64,000 nucleotides of DNA from an uncultured Candidatus Binatia bacterium (GCA_965242525.1 OZ251459.1:1609214-1673213), one strand, 5' to 3'; positions 7,483 to 15,696 are shown, counted from the first letter of the stretch. The notes: a model not told the origin generated them from the letters alone. Program-made: numbers and translations.

Positions 7483-10418
7483 ACGGGAAGCACCGAACCG
7501 GGGACGTGCGGAAGCCGGCGCCGGGCAGCCTCCGGGAAATCGCCCTCGCGCACGGCGAGCCGTTCATCGGAGGCGGCAACCGCCCCATCCGCCTGTCCGA
7601 CCCCGAGACCCTGTGGTACGTGGTCAAGGGCACCATGGACGTATTCACCGCCCAACATTCCGCGGACAGGGAGACGTCGGACTTCAAGCATCTCCTGCGC
7701 GCGGGCGCCGGCCGGTGGATCTTCAGCATCGCCAACGAGGAGGACGCCTCCACGTCCCTGTACATCGCCAAGGGGCTCCCCGACACCGAGCTCCGCTGCG
7801 TCCCCCGGACCGCCCTGACCGGACCCGGGACGGCCGGACTCCTGGCCGAACAGGCGGACGCCTGGATTGCCGACCTCGCCGCGGCCATCGCCCGGGAAGT
7901 GGAGCCGCGCCCGCGCCCCCAGCGCTTCCTGACCCCGGGCGAGGACGTCGAGGCCGCGGCCGAGAACGTGCTGTCCACCCGCCGCGGCGTGGTCTGGGTC
8001 TCGACCCAGGTGGGGAACGCGGCTTTCCTCGACACCGGCGAGCCTACCGGCAGCGGTCCGGGCTTCATCCCCGTCTCCGCGGGTAGCTGGATACGGCTGT
8101 TCCACCCCTGCCGACTGGCCGTCACCACGTCCGCGGCCCTCGAAGCCGACGGCCTGCTGTTCTCCGCCCTGGCCGAGTTCCATCGACTGGCGCTGTCCGC
8201 GGAGGAAATCAACCGGCGCCTGGTGCTCGTGGACATGGCCAACTTGCAGCGGGCCCACGTCCAGCGCCGGAGCCGGAGCGAAGAGCGCGCCCGGGACAGC
8301 CTGCTCGGCGTGCTGAACGAGCGGCGGTCCCCCGCGGGGGACCGCGGGACCGGCCTGTTGCGCGCCCTGGAGCAGGTGGGCCGCCACGAAGGCATCCGGT
8401 TCCGCACTCCGCCCCGCCGGCGGGGAACGGACGAGGACGCCCCCGACCTGACGGAGATCCAGCGCGTGTCGGGGGTCCGCGCGCGCAGGGTCAAGCTCGC
8501 CGTCGAAGACCATTGGTGGCGCGGCGACAGCGGCGCGATGCTGGCGTTCCGGCGCGAGTCCGGGAACCCGGTGGCGCTGGTCCCGGGCGTGTGGGGCCGT
8601 TACCAGATGATCGACCCGGAGACGGGCCGTTCGGAGCGGGTGGACGAGGGCCTGGCCCGGGACCTCGCTTCCGAGGCGTACTTCTTCTACCGCCCGCTGC
8701 CGCAGGAGGAAACGGTCCGTCCCGGCGCCCTGTTCCGCTTCGCGTTCCGCGGGCTCGGAAAAGACCTGGCGCGCTTCATCCTGGCGGGACTGCTGGTGGG
8801 CCTCATGATGCTGACGCCGCCCATCCTGCTCGGCGCCCTGGTGGACCGCGTGATCCCCAGCGGGTCCGGCTGGCAAGTCCTGGAGCTGTCCCTGTCCCTG
8901 GTCCTGCTGGCGGTCCTCACCGCGCTCCTGCATCTCCTCCAGGGAACCGCCCTGATGCGGCTGGAGGCCGCAGCCGCGGCCCGGGTGGGCGCGGCGCTCT
9001 GGGACCGGCTGCTCGGCCTGCCGCAGCGGTTCTTTCGTCGCTTCTCCTCCGGCGACCTGACCATGCGCACCATGGCCTTCCAGGGACTGCGCGACCAGGT
9101 CTCGGGGGTGGTCGGCAACGCCCTCCTGTCGGTGGTCTTCCTCCTGCCCACCTTCCTGCTGCTGTTCGTCTATGACACCGGGATCGGCTGGCTCGGCCTG
9201 GGGCTGGGACTGTCCTCCCTGGGGGTGACCGCGGCCATCGGCGTCCTCCAGCTACCCCACCAACGGCGCCTGCTCGCCATCTCGAGACGGCTTGCGGGCA
9301 GGCTGGTGCAACTGCTGAACGGCGTCAGCAAGCTGCGGTCCACCGGCTCCGAAGGCATCGGGTTCGCCTTGTGGGCGCAGGACTACCGGGAACAGAAGCA
9401 GACCGAGATGCGGCTCGGCAGGCTGAACGAGCACCTGATCGCCTTCCTGGCGGCCGCGCCCCTGCTGGCCGCGGCCGCGGTGTTCGCCGCGGCCATGCAC
9501 GACGGCCGCGCGGTCCTTCCGGTCGGGGACTTCCTCACCATCTACGCAGCGTTCATGGTGTTCTATTCCGCGGTGGCCAGGCTCGGCGCTTCGTTCTCCG
9601 CGGTGGCCGCGGTCATGCCCGCGTACGAGCAGGTGACCCCGATCCTGGAGTCGAAGCCGGAGACGGGCGCCAAGGGCGAGCCGCCGCCGGAGCTCAGCGG
9701 CGAACTCCACGTGGACCACGTGAACTTCCGCTACACGGAGGACGGTCCCCTGGTCCTGCAGGACGTCTCCATCCACGCACGGGCCGGCGAGTTCGTGGCC
9801 ATCGTGGGGGAATCCGGCGCGGGCAAGAGCACCCTGTTCCGGCTCGCCCTCGGACTCGAGGCGCCGCTGTCGGGGGCCGTTTACTACGACGGGCGCGACC
9901 TCGCGCGACTCAACAAGCGGGCGGTGCGCAGCAGGATCAGCATGGTGGTGCAGGACGTGTCGCTGCACCCCGGCACCGTGCTGGAGAACATCGTCGGAGT
10001 GTCCGGGAACCTCACCGAGGACGACGCCTGGCGGGCCGCCCGCCAGGCCAGCGTGGACGAAGACATCGCCGCCATGCCCATGCAGATGCACACCCCGACC
10101 GGAGACAAGTCCGCGACTTTCTCGGGCGGGCAGATCCAGCGGATCATGCTGGCCGCGGCGCTGGTCCGGGACCCGAGCGTCCTGTTCCTCGACGAGGCCA
10201 CCAACTGGCTCGACAACAAGAGCCAGGCGCAAGTGATGCACAACGTGGCCGAGCTTGCCGTCACCCGGTTCGTGACGGCCCACCGCCTGTCCACCATCCG
10301 CATGGCCAACCGCATCTACGTGCTGCAGGACGGCCGGGTGGTCCAGACCGGAACCTTCGACGAGCTGTTCGAGATCGACGGCCCCTTCCGCAACCTGGTG
10401 CGGCGGCAAATGGCCTGA
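7479..10418 (+). CDS. Second large ABC transporter of the NHLM tripartite system, with an N-terminal non-transporter domain
   Basis: The protein is 979 aa, and the start overlaps the upstream stop (ATGA). The N-terminal ~400 aa are not TMD-like, followed by a TMD (LLVGLMMLTPPILLGALV) and an NBD with GESGAGKST, FSGGQIQRIML and LFLDEAT. Confidence 0.85.
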   Translation: MNGKHRTGDVRKPAPGSLREIALAHGEPFIGGGNRPIRLSDPETLWYVVKGTMDVFTAQHSADRETSDFKHLLRAGAGRWIFSIANEEDASTSLYIAKGLPDTELRCVPRTALTGPGTAGLLAEQADAWIADLAAAIAREVEPRPRPQRFLTPGEDVEAAAENVLSTRRGVVWVSTQVGNAAFLDTGEPTGSGPGFIPVSAGSWIRLFHPCRLAVTTSAALEADGLLFSALAEFHRLALSAEEINRRLVLVDMANLQRAHVQRRSRSEERARDSLLGVLNERRSPAGDRGTGLLRALEQVGRHEGIRFRTPPRRRGTDEDAPDLTEIQRVSGVRARRVKLAVEDHWWRGDSGAMLAFRRESGNPVALVPGVWGRYQMIDPETGRSERVDEGLARDLASEAYFFYRPLPQEETVRPGALFRFAFRGLGKDLARFILAGLLVGLMMLTPPILLGALVDRVIPSGSGWQVLELSLSLVLLAVLTALLHLLQGTALMRLEAAAAARVGAALWDRLLGLPQRFFRRFSSGDLTMRTMAFQGLRDQVSGVVGNALLSVVFLLPTFLLLFVYDTGIGWLGLGLGLSSLGVTAAIGVLQLPHQRRLLAISRRLAGRLVQLLNGVSKLRSTGSEGIGFALWAQDYREQKQTEMRLGRLNEHLIAFLAAAPLLAAAAVFAAAMHDGRAVLPVGDFLTIYAAFMVFYSAVARLGASFSAVAAVMPAYEQVTPILESKPETGAKGEPPPELSGELHVDHVNFRYTEDGPLVLQDVSIHARAGEFVAIVGESGAGKSTLFRLALGLEAPLSGAVYYDGRDLARLNKRAVRSRISMVVQDVSLHPGTVLENIVGVSGNLTEDDAWRAARQASVDEDIAAMPMQMHTPTGDKSATFSGGQIQRIMLAAALVRDPSVLFLDEATNWLDNKSQAQVMHNVAELAVTRFVTAHRLSTIRMANRIYVLQDGRVVQTGTFDELFEIDGPFRNLVRRQMA

Positions 10419-10436
10419 CCGTCGTTCGGGCAGGCC

Positions 10437-10486
10437 GTCGTTCCCGCAGGCGCCCGCCTCCGTCGTTCCCGCAAGCACGCGCCCGC
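10437..10486. repeat. Three degenerate direct repeats CCGTCGTTC(G/C)CG(G/C)CA(G/A)G (MITE-TIR remnants)
   Basis: Read directly; the repeats resemble the family-2 TIR CCGTCATTCCCGC and lie between the convergent ABC gene and precursor A. Confidence 0.6.
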
Positions 10487-10499
10487 GGAAGCGCCGGGA

Positions 10500-10787
10500 T
10501 TACCAATCGTCGACGATGCTCCGCCCGCTCGGGTTTGGCTGCCATCCGTACACGCCGCCAGCGACCGCCTGCAGGTCGCCGTCGCCCAGCCGGCTGTCGG
10601 GGGGCAGGACCAGATGCGCAGCCTCGCCGCTCTCTTCGTGGACCTCGATGGACAGGGACGCCGGAATGGTGACGCCCAATTCCTGCTCCACCGCCCCCTT
10701 CGGGTCGCTGAGAAGCCGGGCGCGGAACTCCGCGTCCTCCATCGCCTTGCCCACGATCTTCGCCTGCATTTCCTTCGCCGTTTCCAT
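10500..10787 (-). CDS. NHLP (nitrile hydratase leader peptide) family RiPP precursor A
   Basis: Full sequence METAKEMQAKIVGKAMEDAEFRARLLSDPKGAVEQELGVTIPASLSIEVHEESGEAAHLVLPPDSRLGDGDLQAVAGG|VYGWQPNPSGRSIVDDW. It carries a classic NHLP leader, a double-Gly C39 cleavage site, a 17-aa core and a GGAGG SD. Confidence 0.9.
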   Translation of the reverse strand: METAKEMQAKIVGKAMEDAEFRARLLSDPKGAVEQELGVTIPASLSIEVHEESGEAAHLVLPPDSRLGDGDLQAVAGGVYGWQPNPSGRSIVDDW

Positions 10788-10823
10788 GGCTCGTCCCTCC
10801 TCGACAGACTGATAACTACGTGC

Positions 10824-10853
10824 AATTTACGATACCGCTTCATCCAATGTCAA
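10824..10853 (-). promoter_or_regulatory. Sigma70-like promoter for precursor A (TTGACA-N18-TAAATT on minus strand)
   Basis: The reverse complement reads TTGACATTGGATGAAGCGGTATCGTAAATT; a homologous block lies upstream of precursor D. Confidence 0.45.
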
Positions 10854-10984
10854 GGCCATATGCACGAAAACCAGTGTTATCAGGGATTTTCGTGGAACCC
10901 GGCCTTCCGTTCATCCACCTGCCCGATTCCATCGCCATCCGCTCCAAGCTCGACCGCCGAACCACCGGGCGTCCGCCTGGCCGG

Positions 10985-11090
10985 AGTCGCCGCCATGCCC
11001 ATGCAGATGCCCACCGCGACCGGAGGCAAGTCCGCGACTTTCTCGGGCGGGCAGGTCCAGCGGATCATGCTGCCGCAGCGCTGGTCCGGG
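10985..11090 (+). pseudogene. Duplicated ~105-bp fragment of the ABC gene signature region (AAMPMQMPTATGGKSATFSGGQVQRIML)
   Basis: The fragment is about 90% identical to 10070-10175 of the 7479-10418 gene, is out of context, and ends in a MITE-TIR-like CCGTCATTCC. Confidence 0.8.
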
Positions 11091-11149
11091 GCCCCGTCAT
11101 TCCTGCAAGCGTGCCCTCGTCCGCAGGCACACACATCCGGAAGGTCTGA

Positions 11150-11625
11150 ACAATGTCATACCTCCCTTGGGAATGCGCGTCCTTCGACTTCGCTACGCTA
11201 CGCTCAGGACGAACGGAATGGTTGTTCAGGGTTTCCTTGAAAACCTCTGAACAATCGAAACATCCGGGATGGATTCCCGATTCCCTCACCCTGACGCCCC
11301 TGTCCCCGTTCGTCCTGAGCGTAGCGAAGCGAAAACCTCCGTTCGTCCTGAGCGTAGCGTAGCGAAGTCGAAGGACGCGCTCATGCCCCCTGTCTGTCCC
11401 GATTGTTCAGAGGTTCCCTCGGTCATTCCCGCGAAAGCATGTCCTCGCGGAAGCGGGGGCGGGAATCTCGTCGTACAAGCCTCGATGGATGGATTCCCGC
11501 TTTCGCGGGAATGACGGAGGTGCGTGCCCGCGAACGGGGTGCGTGCCCGCGAACGGGGTGCGTGCCTGCAGGAATGACGGAGGTGGCCGCCGCGGGAACG
11601 ACGGGGTGTGCTTTTGGGCGTTTCG
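11150..11625. repeat. MITE cluster (families 1 and 2)
   Basis: Contains GCGTCCTTCGACTTCGCTACGCTACGCTCAGGACGAACGG, GAACAATCGAAACATCCGGGATGGATTCCC, GTCATTCCCGCGAAAGCATGTCCTCGCGGAAGCGGGGGCGGGAATC and a GATGGATTCCCGCTTTCGCGGGAATGACGG arm. Confidence 0.85.
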
Positions 11626-11627
11626 GG

Positions 11628-12749
11628 CTAGTCCCGGGCGAGGGAACAGATCAGGCCGGCGTATGCCTTGGCGGCGACCCCGGCGTCCGTGACCGTGAGC
11701 TTGACGTGGTTGACCCCCTTGTAAACGAGGAACACGCCCCGACGGTCGTACATCCTGTCGAGCGCGCACCACTGGAGCAGCCCCTGCGCCTTCGCCGCCA
11801 GGCACCAGCCGCGGAGCGCCAGCCGCTCCACCACCGGCCGCCAGGCGCTCCGCCCCGTGGTCAGCCAACTGTCCATGGCGTCGTCGCCCCACGACCCCGC
11901 ATGGTACAGTTCCAGGCCGATCCTGGGCAGCAGCCCCGAGTCGGCCACGTCCACCGACAGCCGGAAGCGGGGCAACACGTCCCCGAGGTCGGCCAGCAAC
12001 TCCGTGGCAGGGCGAACCGCAGCGCTCCGGCCCAACCGCTCCAGCACCCCGGCAACCTCGTCGCGCCCGATCTCCTGAACCACCAGCCGCACCGCCCGCG
12101 GCGTCCGGCTCGGCAACGCTCCGACATGGGCGACCCTGGCGTCCGGCGGCAGCGCCGCCAGCGCCCGCGCCACCCACCGCAGCGCCTCGTCCTCATCGGT
12201 CCAGCCCACCGCGCCGGCCAGCGCCGCGATCGGCAAGGGCTGCGGACGGTCATGGGGCCCGGATTCCTCCGTGCGCCGTATCTTCAAGAAGACCCCCGGA
12301 TCCGGGCGCGGGTCGGCCGGCGCCTCGGCCAGGTCGTATTCGAGCATGGTTCCGGCGATGCAAGCGTGCAACTCGGAGTCGGCCTGCCCGATCCGGGCGA
12401 GGTACCGGGACAGCGCCGCCGCCGCCGAGCCCGGACGGGCGGCTTCGCCCCTGCGGATGAAGTGCCGCGCGAGCGGGCTCCCCGACCTCACCACCACGAA
12501 CAGGTCCGCCGCCGGCGTCTCCTCGCCGAGCCGGAACTCGCAACCGAGGAACGCCGACGACCCGGCGTCCGGCAGCTCCGCGGCGCAGGCCGTCAACCGG
12601 TCCCATCCGAGGCCGTCGAGCAAGGAACGCGGTATCAGCGGGCGGAGCCCCGCGAGCACCGCCTCCGGCGCGCGGCGCGCATCGTGGGTCGATGCAGCAA
12701 ACGCGGGCTCGGCAGCCTCAACCAAGGGAAACGGGCTCGACGCCACCAT
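11628..12749 (-). CDS. Hypothetical protein (373 aa) nested between NHLP precursors; candidate RiPP maturation/immunity protein
   Basis: The ORF is long with strong GC3 bias, starts 37 bp downstream of precursor B on the same strand with a GGAGG SD, and has no recognisable motifs. The competing frames are Gly/Arg-rich. Confidence 0.5.
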   Translation of the reverse strand: MVASSPFPLVEAAEPAFAASTHDARRAPEAVLAGLRPLIPRSLLDGLGWDRLTACAAELPDAGSSAFLGCEFRLGEETPAADLFVVVRSGSPLARHFIRRGEAARPGSAAAALSRYLARIGQADSELHACIAGTMLEYDLAEAPADPRPDPGVFLKIRRTEESGPHDRPQPLPIAALAGAVGWTDEDEALRWVARALAALPPDARVAHVGALPSRTPRAVRLVVQEIGRDEVAGVLERLGRSAAVRPATELLADLGDVLPRFRLSVDVADSGLLPRIGLELYHAGSWGDDAMDSWLTTGRSAWRPVVERLALRGWCLAAKAQGLLQWCALDRMYDRRGVFLVYKGVNHVKLTVTDAGVAAKAYAGLICSLARD

Positions 12750-12785
12750 CGCGCCTCCGCGGGAGCGCTGGGAACCCCGGCGGGG

Positions 12786-13067
12786 TCACCAGTCCAGAAC
12801 GCCCTTCCCCTGCTTGAAGTCCTCCCAGCTATATCCTCCCGCAACCGCTTGCAGGTCGCCTTCGTTCAGCTTGCTGTCGGGGGGCAGGACCAGATGCACA
12901 ACCTCGGCGCTCTGTTCGTGGACCTCGATGGACAGGGACGCCGGAATGGTGACACCCAACTCCTGCCCGATGGCTCCCTTCGGATCGCCGAGCAGCCGGG
13001 CGCGGAACTCCGCGTCCCCGGCCGCCTTGCCCACGATCTTCGCCTCCAATTCCTTTGCCGTTTCCAT
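12786..13067 (-). CDS. NHLP family RiPP precursor B
   Basis: Full sequence METAKELEAKIVGKAAGDAEFRARLLGDPKGAIGQELGVTIPASLSIEVHEQSAEVVHLVLPPDSKLNEGDLQAVAGG|YSWEDFKQGKGVLDW. A GGAAGGAG SD is present, and the ORF-track N-terminal extension was discarded. Confidence 0.85.
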   Translation of the reverse strand: METAKELEAKIVGKAAGDAEFRARLLGDPKGAIGQELGVTIPASLSIEVHEQSAEVVHLVLPPDSKLNEGDLQAVAGGYSWEDFKQGKGVLDW

Positions 13068-13119
13068 TGGTTTGCTCCTTCCTGGAGAGAGTGACGGCCA
13101 AGCGCGACCCACGGCGGGA

Positions 13120-13410
13120 TCACCAGTCAAGCAATCCTCCGCCTTTCGTGGCTTCGTGGTAGTCATCCCAGGTAAGCCCGCCGGCGACCCCCTGCAGGTC
13201 TTTTTCGCTCAGCTTGCTGTCCGGGGGCAGAACGAGATGCGCGGTCGCGGCGCTATCCTGGTGGACTTGGATGGACATGGACGCCGGAATGGGGACGCCC
13301 AACTCCTGCCCGATGGCTCCCTTCGGGTCACCGAGCAGCCGGGAGCGGAACTCCGCGTCCTCGGTCGCCCTGCCCACGATCTTCCCCCGCATTTCCTTCA
13401 CGCTTTCCAT
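13120..13410 (-). CDS. NHLP family RiPP precursor C
   Basis: Full sequence MESVKEMRGKIVGRATEDAEFRSRLLGDPKGAIGQELGVPIPASMSIQVHQDSAATAHLVLPPDSKLSEKDLQGVAGG|LTWDDYHEATKGGGLLDW, with a GGAGGAGG SD. Confidence 0.85.
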   Translation of the reverse strand: MESVKEMRGKIVGRATEDAEFRSRLLGDPKGAIGQELGVPIPASMSIQVHQDSAATAHLVLPPDSKLSEKDLQGVAGGLTWDDYHEATKGGGLLDW

Positions 13411-13510
13411 GTTTCGTTCCTCCTCCATCGAGCGATGGTTGCGCACGCCCCACGTTCACGGGCAACCTGCGATACCGGCTCACCGGATGAAGCGACACGG
13501 TCCGGCGGTA

Positions 13511-13810
13511 CTACCAGTCGGCCACGACATTCCAACTGTCATCCACACGCACACCGTTTTCGTCGTACACCGCGGCGGCGCCGGCGACGGTCTCCATCTC
13601 GCTTTCGCTCAGCCTGCCGTCGGGGGGCAGGACCAGATGCGCAGCCTCGGCGCCCTCTTCGTGGACCTCGATGGACAGGGACGCCGGAATGGTGACGCCC
13701 AATTCCTGCTCCACCGCCCCCTTCGGGTCGCTGAGCAGCCGGGCGCGGAAGTCCGCGTCCTCCATGGCCTTGTCCACGATCCTCGCCTGCATTTCCTTTG
13801 CCGTTTCCAT
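13511..13810 (-). CDS. NHLP family RiPP precursor D (VAGA cleavage-site variant)
   Basis: Full sequence METAKEMQARIVDKAMEDADFRARLLSDPKGAVEQELGVTIPASLSIEVHEEGAEAAHLVLPPDGRLSESEMETVAGA|AAVYDENGVRVDDSWNVVADW. The leader is about 85% identical to precursor A. Confidence 0.85.
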   Translation of the reverse strand: METAKEMQARIVDKAMEDADFRARLLSDPKGAVEQELGVTIPASLSIEVHEEGAEAAHLVLPPDGRLSESEMETVAGAAAVYDENGVRVDDSWNVVADW

Positions 13811-13846
13811 GCCTCGTCCCTCCTCCATAGAGTGCCGAACACGTGC

Positions 13847-13876
13847 AACCTACGATACCGGCTCGCCCAATGTAAA
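13847..13876 (-). promoter_or_regulatory. Promoter-like block upstream of precursor D (TTTACA-N18-TAGGTT), homologous to precursor A promoter
   Basis: The reverse complement reads TTTACATTGGGCGAGCCGGTATCGTAGGTT. A conserved CGAAAATCCCTGATA box lies further upstream in both copies. Confidence 0.4.
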
Positions 13877-13993
13877 GTCCCCATGCATGAAAAATGAGTC
13901 TATCAGGGATTTTCGGGGAACCATGCCTTCCGTTCGTCCGCCCGCCCGATTCGGTCGCGGCCCGTTCCGGGGCGGGCGCCGGACGCTTCGGGT

Positions 13994-15358
13994 TCACCCA
14001 TGCTCCGGCCCGGAGGACGGCGGCGCCGCGCAAGCGACCCCCCGGATGACCAGGAGCTTGAGGAACTCGTCCGCCGACCCTGCCGGAGTTCCCTCGGGGA
14101 CCGTTTCCCGGAAAGCCCCCACGCGCACGGTCCCTCCCCGCAGGAGCGAGGCCAGCAACTCCATGCACCGGCCGTCGAAGGTCCAGCGGTAGCCGTGGGC
14201 CTCCAGCACCGCCTCCCCGTCGGCGTTCCGCTCCAGGGTCGCGTGCCGGGCGCCCCGGAGCCGGACCCCGTAACTCTCCCAGTCCGGAGAGTTCCAGGGG
14301 TCGATGCAGGGGCCAAGGCTCGTCCGGGGGCTCTCGGACCACGTGGAGCGCAGGTGGTCGCGGAACTTCCGTCCGACGTCCCCTTGCAGCTCCCGGAGGA
14401 CCAGCTCCCTGAGCGCCGTGTAGTGGGCGGCGCCGGTCCGGTCCGTGGGGTGGGGGAGGTCCCGGCGGAAGGTCTCGTGGCGAGCGAGCCTGCCGGAGAG
14501 CCACTCCATGAATTCCAGCCCGGTGACCGGGAGGACGCTGCAGGTGAGGTGCAGGCTGCCCGAGCCGCCCTGCCCTCCTTCGTCCTGGGTACGGGCGTCG
14601 TGCCACCACCCCCGCGGGACGTAGAGGACGTCGCCCGACCGGACCACCTCGCTCCACACCGGCTCCCGAGGCGGCTCCACGTTGGGTTCCGAGTCCCGAC
14701 CCAGGGGAAAGCGCCGCGTTTCGCCGTAGAGCCGCCAACGCTTTGCGCCGGCCGCCTGCAGCACGAACACGTCGTGGTCGTCCCAGTGCACGGAAAAGCC
14801 CCGGGTGGCCGTCCAGGAGGCGTAGAGGTTGATCCCGGTGTAGCCGCCCAGGGTCTCCTCGATTGCCTCGGCCACGGGGCGGAGAGGGGGATGGATTTCG
14901 TTGACGCCGTGCATGGCCACGCTGGCGCCCGTACGGAGGAAGGTCGCCAGCCGCGCGTCGTCGATGCAGGTTTCCTCCGGGCCTCCCCTTCTCCCCCTCC
15001 ATCCGTGGCCGAACTGCGGCGTCGTGTAGTAGTTCGGGGCAACCGTCTTGCCGTCCTGCACCAGGTGCATCCGGTTGCGCCACGCGCCCGACGACAGCAG
15101 CCCGTTGAGCGCTTCCCAGGTGCAAAGGGACGCGAAACGCGGACCCTTCGCCCGGAACAGCACCGGCCGTTTGTCCCGGTAGCGGGTGTCCAGGAACTCC
15201 TGGGTGGCGAGGGGCCGGACCAGGCTCTCGAACCCGGACTCCGGTCCGTACGGCGCCGCATCGGCCGCCAGCACCTCCACCGGGCCGGCGCCGGGGGGGA
15301 CGGTCCGTTCGGGGCGCGTTTCCGCGCCGGGGCCTCCCGGCGAGGCGGGGCCGGTCAT
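13994..15358 (-). CDS. Cupin_4 / JmjC-domain Fe(II)/2-oxoglutarate-type oxygenase (RoxA/YcfD-like)
   Basis: HxD motif in VHWDDHDVFVLQAAGAKRWRLY with a distal His in GSLHLTCSV. The start was set at MTGPASPGG, which overlaps the upstream ORF's stop (ATGA), and the Arg/Pro-rich N-terminal extension was rejected. Confidence 0.7.
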   Translation of the reverse strand: MTGPASPGGPGAETRPERTVPPGAGPVEVLAADAAPYGPESGFESLVRPLATQEFLDTRYRDKRPVLFRAKGPRFASLCTWEALNGLLSSGAWRNRMHLVQDGKTVAPNYYTTPQFGHGWRGRRGGPEETCIDDARLATFLRTGASVAMHGVNEIHPPLRPVAEAIEETLGGYTGINLYASWTATRGFSVHWDDHDVFVLQAAGAKRWRLYGETRRFPLGRDSEPNVEPPREPVWSEVVRSGDVLYVPRGWWHDARTQDEGGQGGSGSLHLTCSVLPVTGLEFMEWLSGRLARHETFRRDLPHPTDRTGAAHYTALRELVLRELQGDVGRKFRDHLRSTWSESPRTSLGPCIDPWNSPDWESYGVRLRGARHATLERNADGEAVLEAHGYRWTFDGRCMELLASLLRGGTVRVGAFRETVPEGTPAGSADEFLKLLVIRGVACAAPPSSGPEHG

Positions 15359-15696
15359 GCTTCGCCCTTCTTTCCCGAGGCCTTCGCGGGTTCCCGTTCC
15401 TCCACCGCGGCGTCCGGGGCGGTCGGGTCCGGGACGATCTTGACGCTGATGCGCGGAACGGGCCTGGAGGCGCCCCCGGACAGGACCCGAAGGTAATCCG
15501 CTTCCTGCTCGAAGACCCTGCGGGAGGCGAGGCACACGATGGGCGTCCCGTCCCGCAGCAGACTCCCCATGTCCGCGGCGCCCGGGAGCGGCCGGCGGTC
15601 GATTTCCCGGTCGTCGGCGCCCGGGGGACACGCGGACGCTTCGGGGACGGAGGCGCCGCCTGCGTCCCCCGCGGGCGGGCGTTGGTCCGTGCTCAT
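15355..15696 (-). CDS. Small hypothetical protein translationally coupled to the cupin_4 oxygenase
   Basis: The ORF is 113 aa (or 72 aa from MGSLLRDG), its stop overlaps the JmjC ATG, and it has no known motif. Confidence 0.4.
   Translation of the reverse strand: MSTDQRPPAGDAGGASVPEASACPPGADDREIDRRPLPGAADMGSLLRDGTPIVCLASRRVFEQEADYLRVLSGGASRPVPRISVKIVPDPTAPDAAVEEREPAKASGKKGEA

Noticed and set aside
11403-13094. 563-aa plus ORF and the 256-aa minus ORF 11407-12177 covering the precursor/373-aa region
   Set aside because: They are Gly/Arg/Pro-rich and contain MITE-derived sequence. The NHLP precursors and the GC3-biased 373-aa ORF explain the region better.
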